Assembly (NCBI GenBank): GCA_965221365.1 | Contig: OZ244884.1 | Location: 773,493-837,492, forward strand | Direction of reading: 5' to 3' | DNA: 64,000 bases | Origin: Nitrospirales bacterium | GTDB lineage: Bacteria; Nitrospirota; Nitrospiria; Nitrospirales; UBA8639 | Part shown: positions 50,439 to 58,584 of the stretch, one piece after another | Layout of the letters: each line of letters begins with the position of its first letter | How positions within the stretch are numbered: the stretch's first letter is position 1 | The notes under the pieces: model-generated | What the model saw: the letters and a program-made list of their open reading frames with translations, nothing else | Told to the model about the DNA's origin: nothing | The model's database searches: none | Made by a program: the position numbers and the translations under genes

Positions 50439-51983
50439 ATGACCCTGGCCAAAGCCTTTCACGCAAGCGACCAGAGTCTGCCAATGGATGCAGACAGATT
50501 CCAGCCCTTGCCGACGCCGAGCTACGATAGCAATGAGCCTCCAGGACAATCCCCGATGAGCCGTCGTGTCGCCACTTCAACCCACTTATGCGAGCGCCCG
50601 ATGTCATGGGTTAAAGCGAACCCTGGGTTGGCTGTTCTGTGGGCTCTGCTTTTCATATTCGTTCTGATTTTCGCGACTTTCCTGTTCGTCATGTTCTCCG
50701 AGGATTGTGAAGCATGGATCGGCCAACGTTTGGGGTTATCCGAAAAAAACGAAATTCTCTCCTTTCTGGGAATCGGCATGGGTGGCATCCTGCTGACCAT
50801 ACAAGCCGTGATCGCGAACAGGCGCGCTAAAGCGATGGAAGAGCAAGCGAAAGCGCAAGTCACGGCCACGGAAAATCAGGCAGAGGCCAACCGACAAACC
50901 GAGAGAGGGCAGCGGCAGGAACGCCTGAAACTCGGCATTGAACACCTGGGACACGGCTCATACTCCGTGCGGCTGGGCGGGGCTTATGAACTGTTCCACC
51001 TTGCTCAGGATACAGAAGAACTGCGCCAGACGGTTCTGGACATTCTCTGTGCTCATCTCCGCCAAACTACGGGCAAAACGGACTATCGGGAGCAATACCC
51101 TAACAAGCCTTCAGAAGAAGTTCAAAGCCTGCTGACCCTGATGTTCGTAGAGGAACATACAGTCTTCGAGGGCCGGCGGATCAATTTGCAAGGAAGCTGG
51201 CTGAATGGGGCCCGGCTCTGGAAAGCGCGCCTGCAGGAAGCCAACCTTACAGATGCACACCTGCAAGGAGCCTACCTTGTAGCTGCACGCCTACATAAGG
51301 TTAATCTCGCAAAGGCACAACTCCAAGGTTCTATTCTTCATGTCGCGTGCCTGAATGGAGCCTTCCTTGCAGATGCACACCTGCATGGGGCTGATCTCGA
51401 AGAAGCAGAAGCGAAAGGCTTTTATTCTAATCTCCAGAGAGCGCACTTGTATGGAGCTAATCTTGCGGGCGCGAAGCTGCAAGGAGCACGTCTTTCTAGC
51501 GCATTCCTTCGAGGAAGTATTCTTGATCATACGCACTTAGAAGGAGCTGCTCTTTCGAAGGCCTCCCTACAAGGAGCGAACCTTGTTGGTGCCTCCCTGC
51601 AAGGAGCTACACTCAGAGGCGCTCATCTGGGAGGAACCACGACTCATGGGTCTTATAATGACATGTCTTTCCCTGAGCGCATAAGAAAGCAGATCGGCAA
51701 GCCCTCTGAGTTTATCAATGCGACCTTCGCGGGCGGATTGAACCAAGAAGACGTAGACTCCAGCGTCCAAGGATTGGACGACCAACAGGCAAACTTGTTA
51801 CGTCGGATACTCAACCCCCATATCAACAGGCCAGCCAGCAATCAACTACCGGAAAACAGCGAGGCCAATACCGGAACCTATTCCTCAGAAGATGCCGAAC
51901 AATGGATCGCCGAATACGAAAAGGCTATGGCGAAGGACAAAGACCGCTCAACCCATGCCAAATCTGAACTGGTTGACCCATGA
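50439..51983 (+). CDS. Membrane-anchored pentapeptide-repeat protein
   Basis: Two TM helices (LAVLWALLFIFVLIFATFLFVMF; ILSFLGIGMGGILLTIQAVIA), a coiled coil rich in A/E/Q/R, then about 30 A(D/N)LxX-type pentapeptides (ANLTDAHLQGAYLVAARLHKVNLAKAQLQGS...). The start is uncertain (TTG 50400, ATG 50439, ATG 50601). GC is visibly lower than the flanks. Confidence 0.8.
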   Translation: MTLAKAFHASDQSLPMDADRFQPLPTPSYDSNEPPGQSPMSRRVATSTHLCERPMSWVKANPGLAVLWALLFIFVLIFATFLFVMFSEDCEAWIGQRLGLSEKNEILSFLGIGMGGILLTIQAVIANRRAKAMEEQAKAQVTATENQAEANRQTERGQRQERLKLGIEHLGHGSYSVRLGGAYELFHLAQDTEELRQTVLDILCAHLRQTTGKTDYREQYPNKPSEEVQSLLTLMFVEEHTVFEGRRINLQGSWLNGARLWKARLQEANLTDAHLQGAYLVAARLHKVNLAKAQLQGSILHVACLNGAFLADAHLHGADLEEAEAKGFYSNLQRAHLYGANLAGAKLQGARLSSAFLRGSILDHTHLEGAALSKASLQGANLVGASLQGATLRGAHLGGTTTHGSYNDMSFPERIRKQIGKPSEFINATFAGGLNQEDVDSSVQGLDDQQANLLRRILNPHINRPASNQLPENSEANTGTYSSEDAEQWIAEYEKAMAKDKDRSTHAKSELVDP

Positions 51984-52034
51984 TGAAGTCCTTTGCGCTG
52001 CCATGCGCGGCCTCGGTTGCTGGAAGAGGGCGCG

Positions 52035-52400
52035 GGGATGACGATTCAAGAGCCTCATCCGTCATGTCGGACTCCGATCCGGCACCAGAAAGACTGAAAG
52101 ACAAGACAAAGAAAAAGCCCTGGATTCCCGCGTTCGCGGGAATGACGTATTTGGACGCCGGACTCCTCCATTCGTCATGCCGGCCCTGACCTGGTGGCCA
52201 GAAAAGCAAAGGCACCAGTCGTCATGCCGGACCCCGATCCGGCATCCAGAAAAAAGGGAAAAGCAAAGACCCTGGATTCCCGCCCCCGATTAAAAACGTC
52301 GAGGGCAGGCTTTTCGCGGGAATGACGGATCGGGGCATTGGCGGGGATGACGAATGGTGGTCTTCGCGGGAATGACGAACTGGGCGTGCGGGAATGACGG
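52035..52400. repeat. Array 6 of the nested-palindrome repeat family (reverse orientation)
   Basis: CCGTCAT-GTCGGACTCCGATCCGGC-ACCAG...CTGGAT-TCCCGCGTTCGCGGGA-ATGACG and related modules. Confidence 0.9.
52208..52327. repeat. 120-bp perfect direct repeat, copy 1 (copy 2 at 53320-53439)
   Basis: Character-by-character comparison shows AAAGGCACCAGTCGTCATGCCGGACCCCGATCCGGCATCCAGAAAAAAGGGAAAAGCAAAGACCCTGGATTCCCGCCCCCGATTAAAAACGTCGAGGGCAGGCTTTTCGCGGGAATGACG is identical at both sites. Confidence 0.9.
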
Positions 52401-52500
52401 GCTGGGGGGACTCAAAAGTCGATCGATTCCATCGATGTGGTGCACTCGATTCGTTCTGCCACTCTATGGTCCACGCCCTACAGCCTGCCTTGTGGAGGCC

Positions 52501-52546
52501 TTGAAACGACTCATTCCTTAATGTAATAATTTCTTACATCCTTACA
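52501..52546 (+). promoter_or_regulatory. Candidate promoter/operator of the AbrB-PIN cassette
   Basis: TTGAAA (52501-52506), 17-nt spacer, TAATAA (52524-52529). The inverted repeat ATGTAA/TTACAT (52521-52526 / 52534-52539) overlaps the -10. A second TTACA lies at 52542-52546. Confidence 0.45.
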
Positions 52547-52558
52547 ATCCTGAATGTC

Positions 52559-52783
52559 ATGCTTGCCAAACTGACATCAAAAAACCAGTTGACTCTCCCG
52601 AAAGCGATATTGGCCGCTTTCGAAGGGGTGGAGTATTTTGAGGTAACCGGAGCGAATGGCTCCATCGTTCTGACGCCCGTGCAGATCAGTCGCGTGGGCA
52701 CCGTGCGCGCCAAGTTGGCCGCATTGGGCCTGTCCGACGCAGACGTGGCCGACGCTGTGGCTTGGGCGCGTCAAGCGGAATGA
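52559..52783 (+). CDS. AbrB/SpoVT-fold antitoxin (VapB/MazE-like)
   Basis: MLAKLTSKNQLTLPKAILAAF is a swapped-hairpin AbrB-type N-terminus. Its stop overlaps the downstream PIN gene start (ATGA). Confidence 0.75.
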   Translation: MLAKLTSKNQLTLPKAILAAFEGVEYFEVTGANGSIVLTPVQISRVGTVRAKLAALGLSDADVADAVAWARQAE

Positions 52784-53220
52784 GCCCACCCCGAGTTGTC
52801 ATCGATACCAACGTGCTGCTTTCGGCACTCCTGTTTCAGGCCGGGACGCTCTCCTGGCTACGCACGGCTTGGCAGGCCCGCCGCATCTGTCCACTGGTAA
52901 GCCGCGAAACGATGAACGAATTGCTTCGAGCGCTGGGCTATCCGAAGTTCGCCCTGACCAACGACGAGCGGGAGGAGCTGCTGGCGGATTATCTGCCCTG
53001 GTGCGAAACCGTCCACGTATCGAAACCGTCAGGGATTCCACCGTGCCGTGATCCATTCGATCTCCCTTTCCTTGAACTTGCGCGCGTGGCTCAGGCCGAT
53101 GCCTTAGTCACCGATGACAAGGATCTGCTTGATATGGCTCAAGGCTTTCCCATTTCGATTCTCACCCCTCGCGCCTTCCGTAAGCGCCTCCCACCCGCCA
53201 AACGGCCGGTGAAGTCGTAG
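52780..53220 (+). CDS. PIN-domain toxin (VapC-like)
   Basis: VVIDTNVLLSALLF... and LVTDDKDLL carry the acidic PIN residues. ATG 52780 overlaps the antitoxin stop. The track start is TTG 52762. Confidence 0.8.
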   Translation: MSPPRVVIDTNVLLSALLFQAGTLSWLRTAWQARRICPLVSRETMNELLRALGYPKFALTNDEREELLADYLPWCETVHVSKPSGIPPCRDPFDLPFLELARVAQADALVTDDKDLLDMAQGFPISILTPRAFRKRLPPAKRPVKS

Positions 53221-53302
53221 AGCGCGCGTTGGTTACATCGCCCGGGGAGGACAAATTCGGATTCAAGTGGCTGGCTGAAACGGTCGCGTTTCAAACATGG
53301 GG

Positions 53303-53485
53303 GCATGCGGGAATGACGGAAAGGCACCAGTCGTCATGCCGGACCCCGATCCGGCATCCAGAAAAAAGGGAAAAGCAAAGACCCTGGATTCCCGCCCCCG
53401 ATTAAAAACGTCGAGGGCAGGCTTTTCGCGGGAATGACGATTGGGACGCGTGAGGTGTGGAGGGGCATGCGCGGGGATGACGAAT
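53303..53485. repeat. Array 7 of the repeat family (contains copy 2 of the 120-bp perfect repeat, 53320-53439)
   Basis: See 52208-52327. The 3' extension ATTGGGACGCGTGAGGTGTGGAGGGGCATGCGCGG is shared with array 8. Confidence 0.9.
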
Positions 53486-53639
53486 GGGGCGTGCTGTGGA
53501 TAGAGAACGAGAACCTGCACAGGCCATCGTCTCGGTTATTGGAAGAGGTGACCGGGGCGGCGGTAAGGACAGGTGTTGGCGTTGACTCAAAAATCGTTTG
53601 ACGTTTGCACCTTACCGCTTTGCATAGTATGTTTTTGCC

Positions 53640-53927
53640 ATGCTCCGGTCATGGCGCAACACGGCGAGCCGCCAAATCTGGGAAGGAAAACGGCTCAACA
53701 GATTCCGTGGTCTGGATTTTGATATGGCTATCGATTTGTTGCTGGCGCTGAATGCCGCTGAAACGATTCGAGACGTGAGTCCACTCAAGAGCGTTGGGCT
53801 GCACAAACTCAAGGGGGAGCGAAAAGGACAATGGGCGATGACCGTAAACGGACCTTGGCGGATTTGCTTCGGGTTTCGTAAAGGTGACGCATTCAATGTC
53901 GAGATTGTCGATTGCCACAGAGGATAA
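53640..53927 (+). CDS. higB: HigB-type (RelE-fold, plasmid maintenance system killer) toxin
   Basis: 95 aa with ..LHKLKGERKGQWAMTVNGPWRICFGFRKGDAFNVEIVDCH, the typical HigB C-terminus. It is followed 4 nt later by higA. Confidence 0.8.
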   Translation: MLRSWRNTASRQIWEGKRLNRFRGLDFDMAIDLLLALNAAETIRDVSPLKSVGLHKLKGERKGQWAMTVNGPWRICFGFRKGDAFNVEIVDCHRG

Positions 53928-53931
53928 AACC

Positions 53932-54216
53932 ATGCACCCTATTGCACACCCTGGCAGATTGTTGAAGCGCGAGATTGAGGCGCGCAACTTGAGCGCCAAT
54001 CGGTTGGCCTTAGCTCTCGGCGTTCCTTCTGGCCGTATCACGGATATCTTGAACGGCCGCCGATCCATCACGGCTGAGACCGCAGTGCGGCTTGGCCGCT
54101 ATTTCGGCAACAGTCCCCGTTTCTGGCTCGAGCTCCAGAGCCAATACGATGTTGCCCTGGTCGAACGTGACCGCGGCACAGAAATAGCCGAACAGGTGCG
54201 GCCTGCCCGTGCCTGA
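53932..54216 (+). CDS. higA: HigA-family HTH (XRE) antitoxin
   Basis: HPGRLLKREIEARNLSANRLALALGVPSGRITDILNGRRSITAETAVRLGRYFGNSPRFWLELQ. ATG 53932 follows AGAGGA. The track start is GTG 53884, inside higB. Confidence 0.85.
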   Translation: MHPIAHPGRLLKREIEARNLSANRLALALGVPSGRITDILNGRRSITAETAVRLGRYFGNSPRFWLELQSQYDVALVERDRGTEIAEQVRPARA

Positions 54217-54282
54217 CGGCGTCGGCGGAATCCATCAAGGTGTTCGACGAACAGGCTCGACAGCTCGTTGCGGAGACGTGTT

Positions 54283-54540
54283 TGGAGGCCGGACTCCTCC
54301 ATTCGTCATGCCGGACCCTGATTCGGCATCCAGGGGAAAAAAGAAAAAGTAAAAGCCCTGGATCCCCGCCCCCGATTAAAAAAGTCGAGGGCAGGCTTTT
54401 CGCGGGAATGACAATTGGGACGCGTGAGGTGTGGAGGGGCATGCGCGGGAATGACAGACTGGGCGCCGGGAATGACTGAAGGGGCGTGCGAAAGGGACAA
54501 GGCCTTGCAGGAATGACGGACGGGGGATCGGGATGCCAGG
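54283..54540. repeat. Array 8 of the repeat family (diverged third copy of the 120-bp element at about 54303-54411)
   Basis: CGTCATGCCGGACCCTGATTCGGCATCCAGGGGAAAAAAGAAAAAGTAAAAGCCCTGGATCCCCGCCCCCGATTAAAAAAGTCGAGGGCAGGCTTTTCGCGGGAATGAC. Confidence 0.85.
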
Positions 54541-54573
54541 GGGGAAACGACGGGGATCATCGAAAGGACTTCC

Positions 54574-56490
54574 ATGACTGCTAAATACGATGCGAGCGAA
54601 ATTCTTGTGCTGGAAGGGATTGACCCGGTTCGCCGAAGACCGGCGATGTACATCGGCGGGACCGACAAGACCGGCCTGCATCATCTCGTGTGGGAAATTC
54701 TGGACAATGCCATCGACGAAGTCATCAATGGGTATGCCACGATGATCACGGTGGAACTCGATAAGACGGGTGACGGCATTCGCATCACCGACAACGGTCG
54801 CGGGATTCCGGTCGATCAGCACAAGCAATACAAAAAGTCGGCACTGGAAATCATCATGACGACGCTCCACGCCGGCGGCAAATTCGAAACCGGCAGCTAC
54901 ATCCATTCCGGCGGATTGCACGGGGTCGGGGCCTCGGTGGTCAATGCCCTCTCCGATTACATGGAAGTCACCGTGAAACGGCACGGGCATGAATGGCAAC
55001 AACGGTATCGGGCCGGCAAGCCCCTGGGGCCGGTCAAACAGGGGAACGCGGCGCGGGGCACGGGCACGTCGGTGTATTTTCGCCCGGACCCGATCATTTT
55101 CGGGAAGCAGACGACCTTCGATTCGACCCTGTTACGGAACACGCTGGAAGCCAAATCCTATCTGCACAAAGGACTCCGGCTCTCGTTCAAGGACGGGCAC
55201 ACGCACGAGTTCGTCCATGAGCAGGGTATCGAAGAATACCTCGTCAAGCTCGTGAAGGATCGTGGCTCGAACCCCACTGCGGACTTCGTGTTTTATCTGG
55301 AGCGTCGCCTGGACAACACCGCTGCGGACGGCTTTGCCATGGAAGTCGCCCTGCAATGGACCGATGAACCCGCGGAATTCATCCGGAGTTACGTGAACGG
55401 CGTGGCCACGTCGAGCGGCGGCACGCATGAATCGGGTCTGCGCAGCGGCATCGTGAAGGCCATGCGTCATTACATGGAGACGCACAACCTCACGCCGAAA
55501 GGGCTCAGTATCCAGGCCGATGATATTCGCGAAGGCATGGCCTGCGTCCTGAGCGTTCTCATTCTGTCTCCGCAATTTCAGGGCCAGACCAAGGAACGGC
55601 TCAATAATCCCGAGGTCCAGGGGCTTGTGGACAACGCCCTGCGACCACCCCTGGAAAATTTTCTTCACGAAAATCAAACCATTGCCGAAACCCTGGTCGG
55701 CCGCATGATCCTGGCGGCGCGCGCGCGGGAAGCGTCCCGTGAGGCGTCAAAGGCCGTCATCCGCCAATCTGCCGTGAGTCATCGCCTGAATCTGCCGGGC
55801 AAGCTGACGGACTGCCAAAGCACGGATCCTGCATGCAGCGAGCTGTTCGTGGTGGAAGGGGATTCCGCAGGAGGGACAGCCAAGCAGGGCCGCGATCTGA
55901 ACACCCAGGCCATCTTCCCCATCCGGGGCAAGGTGCTGAACACGGAGGAACTGACCCTCGGCAAGGTGGTGGAGAACAAGGAACTGTCGGACCTGGTCAA
56001 AGTCCTGGGCTGCGGGATCGGGCGGGATTTCGATCTCAAGAAGTTGCGATACCACAAGATCATCCTGCTCATGGACGCGGACGTCGATGGCTACCACATC
56101 AGCACGTTGCTGCTTACCTTCTTTTTCCGGCACGTCCCGGAATTGATCAGGCAGGGATACGTGTATCTTGCTCAACCGCCCCTCTACCGCATCGACGTGG
56201 GGAAGACCGTCCATTGGGCAGGCTCGGATGAAGAGAAGGAACACGTTCTGGCCAAGGCCCCGGGCAATACCAAGCCGGTCATCAGCCGATTCAAGGGGCT
56301 CGGCGAAATGTTTCCTCAACAGCTCAAGGAGACGACAATGGATCCCGGGACGCGCCGGCTCCTGAAAGTCGAACTGCAGGATGAACTCGATACCGACCGC
56401 ACCTTCCGGGATCTCATGGGCAAACGCACCGAAGCCCGGTATGAGTTTCTGATGGCCAATGCCGCCCTCGCCGATCATCTGGACGTGTAG
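54574..56490 (+). CDS. Type IIA DNA topoisomerase subunit B (GyrB/ParE family; 638 aa)
   Basis: LEGIDPVRRRPAMYIGG, LHHLVWEILDNAIDE (GHKL ATPase), EGDSAGG (Toprim), PIRGKVLN and LMDADVDGYHI. Confidence 0.9.
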   Translation: MTAKYDASEILVLEGIDPVRRRPAMYIGGTDKTGLHHLVWEILDNAIDEVINGYATMITVELDKTGDGIRITDNGRGIPVDQHKQYKKSALEIIMTTLHAGGKFETGSYIHSGGLHGVGASVVNALSDYMEVTVKRHGHEWQQRYRAGKPLGPVKQGNAARGTGTSVYFRPDPIIFGKQTTFDSTLLRNTLEAKSYLHKGLRLSFKDGHTHEFVHEQGIEEYLVKLVKDRGSNPTADFVFYLERRLDNTAADGFAMEVALQWTDEPAEFIRSYVNGVATSSGGTHESGLRSGIVKAMRHYMETHNLTPKGLSIQADDIREGMACVLSVLILSPQFQGQTKERLNNPEVQGLVDNALRPPLENFLHENQTIAETLVGRMILAARAREASREASKAVIRQSAVSHRLNLPGKLTDCQSTDPACSELFVVEGDSAGGTAKQGRDLNTQAIFPIRGKVLNTEELTLGKVVENKELSDLVKVLGCGIGRDFDLKKLRYHKIILLMDADVDGYHISTLLLTFFFRHVPELIRQGYVYLAQPPLYRIDVGKTVHWAGSDEEKEHVLAKAPGNTKPVISRFKGLGEMFPQQLKETTMDPGTRRLLKVELQDELDTDRTFRDLMGKRTEARYEFLMANAALADHLDV

Positions 56491-56507
56491 GCCGCGCCCT
56501 TGCTCCC

Positions 56508-56755
56508 ATCCGTCATGCCGGACTTGATTCGGCGCCAGAAAAAAGAAAAGGCAAAGGACCTGGATTCCCGCTTTCGCGGGAATGACGTATTTGGAGGCCG
56601 GACTCCTCCAGTCGTCATGTCGGACGCGGTCCGGCGCCAGAAAGACTGAAAGACAAGACCAAGAAAAAGCCCTGGATCCCCGATTACAAACGTCGGGGAT
56701 GACGAATGGGGGCGTGCGCGGGAATGACGGATCGGGGCATTGGCGGGGATGACGA
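56508..56755. repeat. Array 9 of the repeat family (reverse orientation)
   Basis: CCGTCATGCCGGACTTGATTCGGCGCCAG...CTGGATTCCCGCTTTCGCGGGAATGACG ... CTGGATCCCCGATTACAAACGTCGGGGATGACG. Confidence 0.9.
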
Positions 56756-56803
56756 GATACACCCAATGCTCTGTCATGGCCCAGGGTCTGCACAGACGGG
56801 GCT

Positions 56804-56832
56804 TTGTCCTGAGACGCGGAGGGCGGTAGAAT
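56804..56832 (+). promoter_or_regulatory. Candidate promoter giving a (near-)leaderless transcript for the SagB-type gene
   Basis: TTGTCC (56804-56809), 17-nt spacer, TAGAAT (56827-56832). The ATG at 56842 is only 9 nt after the -10 element, and there is no SD. Confidence 0.4.
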
Positions 56833-56841
56833 CCACGTCAG

Positions 56842-58557
56842 ATGGAACCCCTCGAATTCGTGAAACATTATCATGCCCAAACCAAGCATGATTTCAACCG
56901 TTATGCCCGCGCCCTCGGGTACATGGACTGGGCCAACCAGCCCGATCCCTTTCGGCGTTATGAAGGAACGATGCTCTATGAATTGCCGCTGATCGAGGCT
57001 GGGGATGATCCGGTGGCGCCTGCGTATGCCTCGTTGTTTTCCTCACCACCGATTCCGCCGCAACCCCTGAATCTGAACGGGCTTTCCCGATTTTTCGAAT
57101 ACGGCCTCTCCATCACCGCGTGGAAGGAGTACGGGGGGAATCGCTGGGCGTTGCGCAGCAATCCGTCCAGCGGCAACCTGCACCCCACCGAAGGCTATCT
57201 GCTGATCAGGGAAACTCCCGGGCTTCCGCTGCAACCCGGGCTCTACCATTATGCTCCCAACGAACATGGGCTGGAGCACCGGTGGCAGGGCTCGAACGAG
57301 TTCCTCGAAGCCCTCCTTCGCCCCTTTCCTGCGCAATCCTTTTTCGTCGGGCTGAGTTCGGTTCATTGGCGGGAGGCCTGGAAATACGGGGAGCGGGCGT
57401 TTCGCTACTGCCAGCACGACGTTGGCCATGCGCTGGGCACGCTTCGGATTGCCGGAGCCGCCCTGGGTTGGCGCGTGTTCCTGCTCGCCGGGCTTGCCGA
57501 TCACACGATGAGCCTTCTTCTCGGCTTGAACCGGTTGCATGAATTTGAACACGCCGAGCCCGAATGTCCCGAACTCATGTGCGTCGTCTGTCCCGCAGAC
57601 GACTCCCGGACGGAAGCCCTGCCGCTCACCGTCGAGCAGGCCGTTCTCGAGCATTGGGAACACGGCGACTGGCGAGGCCAGGCCAATCGACTAAGCCGGG
57701 ACGATCCCGTTTCCTGGGACATTATCGACGCCGTGACCAAGGCGTCCTGGAAACCCGCCACTGAAGCGTTTGGAATAGTCCCTGCGCCGTGCCCGGAACA
57801 GGGCGGGATCGAACCGGCCTCCCCTCCCGATCCCGGACCGAACGTGCTCTCGGCCCACCACGTCATTCATCAACGCCGAAGTGCCGTGGCGTTTGACGGG
57901 CACACGTCGATTGCCGCGGAACGATTCTTCGCGATGCTGGCGCGCGTCATGCCTCACGCCACCCGACCCGTTGCCCAACGACCGATGCCGTGGGATTCGC
58001 TCCCGTGGGAGCCCACCATTCACCTGGCTCTCTTCGTTCATCGGGTCGACGGCCTCCTGCCCGGGCTCTACATGCTCCTGCGACGTTCGGACCCTGCGCT
58101 CAAGGCCACCTTGCAACAATCCATGCATCAACAATTCGTCTGGACCGTTCCCGCACAATGTCCGGAAACGCTTCCCCTGTACCTGTTGGAGGATGGGAAC
58201 GCGCAACGCCTGGCCATGCAGTTGAGTTGCCACCAGGAAATCGCAGGAGCCGGGGCGTTTTCCCTGGGGATGATTGCGGAATTCGAGGCGTCGTTGGAGA
58301 ACCATGGCCCGTGGTTCTACAAGCGCCTGTTCTGGGAAACCGGCCTCATCGGGCAGGTGCTGTACCTGGAGGCGGAAGCGGCCGGTGTTCGTGCAACGGG
58401 CATCGGGTGTTTTTTCGATGATCCCGTGCATCGCGTCCTCGGCTGGTATCCCGAGACGCGCTTTCAGTCCCTGTATCACTTCACCGTGGGTGGAGCCGTG
58501 GAGGATCATCGCCTCACCACCCTGCCTCCCTATGGCAAACGGAGAGGGACGCCGTGA
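56842..58557 (+). CDS. SagB-type dehydrogenase / double nitroreductase-fold protein
   Basis: N-terminus FVKHYHAQTKHDFNRYA..DWANQPDPFRRYEG is typical of the SagB/ThcOx family (memory). The C-terminus GIGCFFDD..H is nitroreductase-like. 571 aa. Confidence 0.75.
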   Translation: MEPLEFVKHYHAQTKHDFNRYARALGYMDWANQPDPFRRYEGTMLYELPLIEAGDDPVAPAYASLFSSPPIPPQPLNLNGLSRFFEYGLSITAWKEYGGNRWALRSNPSSGNLHPTEGYLLIRETPGLPLQPGLYHYAPNEHGLEHRWQGSNEFLEALLRPFPAQSFFVGLSSVHWREAWKYGERAFRYCQHDVGHALGTLRIAGAALGWRVFLLAGLADHTMSLLLGLNRLHEFEHAEPECPELMCVVCPADDSRTEALPLTVEQAVLEHWEHGDWRGQANRLSRDDPVSWDIIDAVTKASWKPATEAFGIVPAPCPEQGGIEPASPPDPGPNVLSAHHVIHQRRSAVAFDGHTSIAAERFFAMLARVMPHATRPVAQRPMPWDSLPWEPTIHLALFVHRVDGLLPGLYMLLRRSDPALKATLQQSMHQQFVWTVPAQCPETLPLYLLEDGNAQRLAMQLSCHQEIAGAGAFSLGMIAEFEASLENHGPWFYKRLFWETGLIGQVLYLEAEAAGVRATGIGCFFDDPVHRVLGWYPETRFQSLYHFTVGGAVEDHRLTTLPPYGKRRGTP

Positions 58558-58584
58558 ACAGGAAGGCATCTGGCGGGCCTCAAC

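Larger units (their letters stand above)
47080..54573. other. Accessory island (TA/defence-type cassettes separated by repeat arrays) between the two topoisomerase subunit genes
   Basis: The content differs from the flanks: toxin-antitoxin and ATPase genes, segments of visibly lower GC, and each cassette bounded by repeat arrays. No integrase or transposase gene is present. Confidence 0.7.

Noticed and set aside
47080-54573. Classical integron cassette array.
   Set aside because: There is no intI integrase or attI in the window. The inter-cassette repeats lack RYYYAAC/GTTRRRY core sites. The cassettes carry their own promoters, and the same repeats also flank housekeeping genes. Only the overall layout is integron-like.
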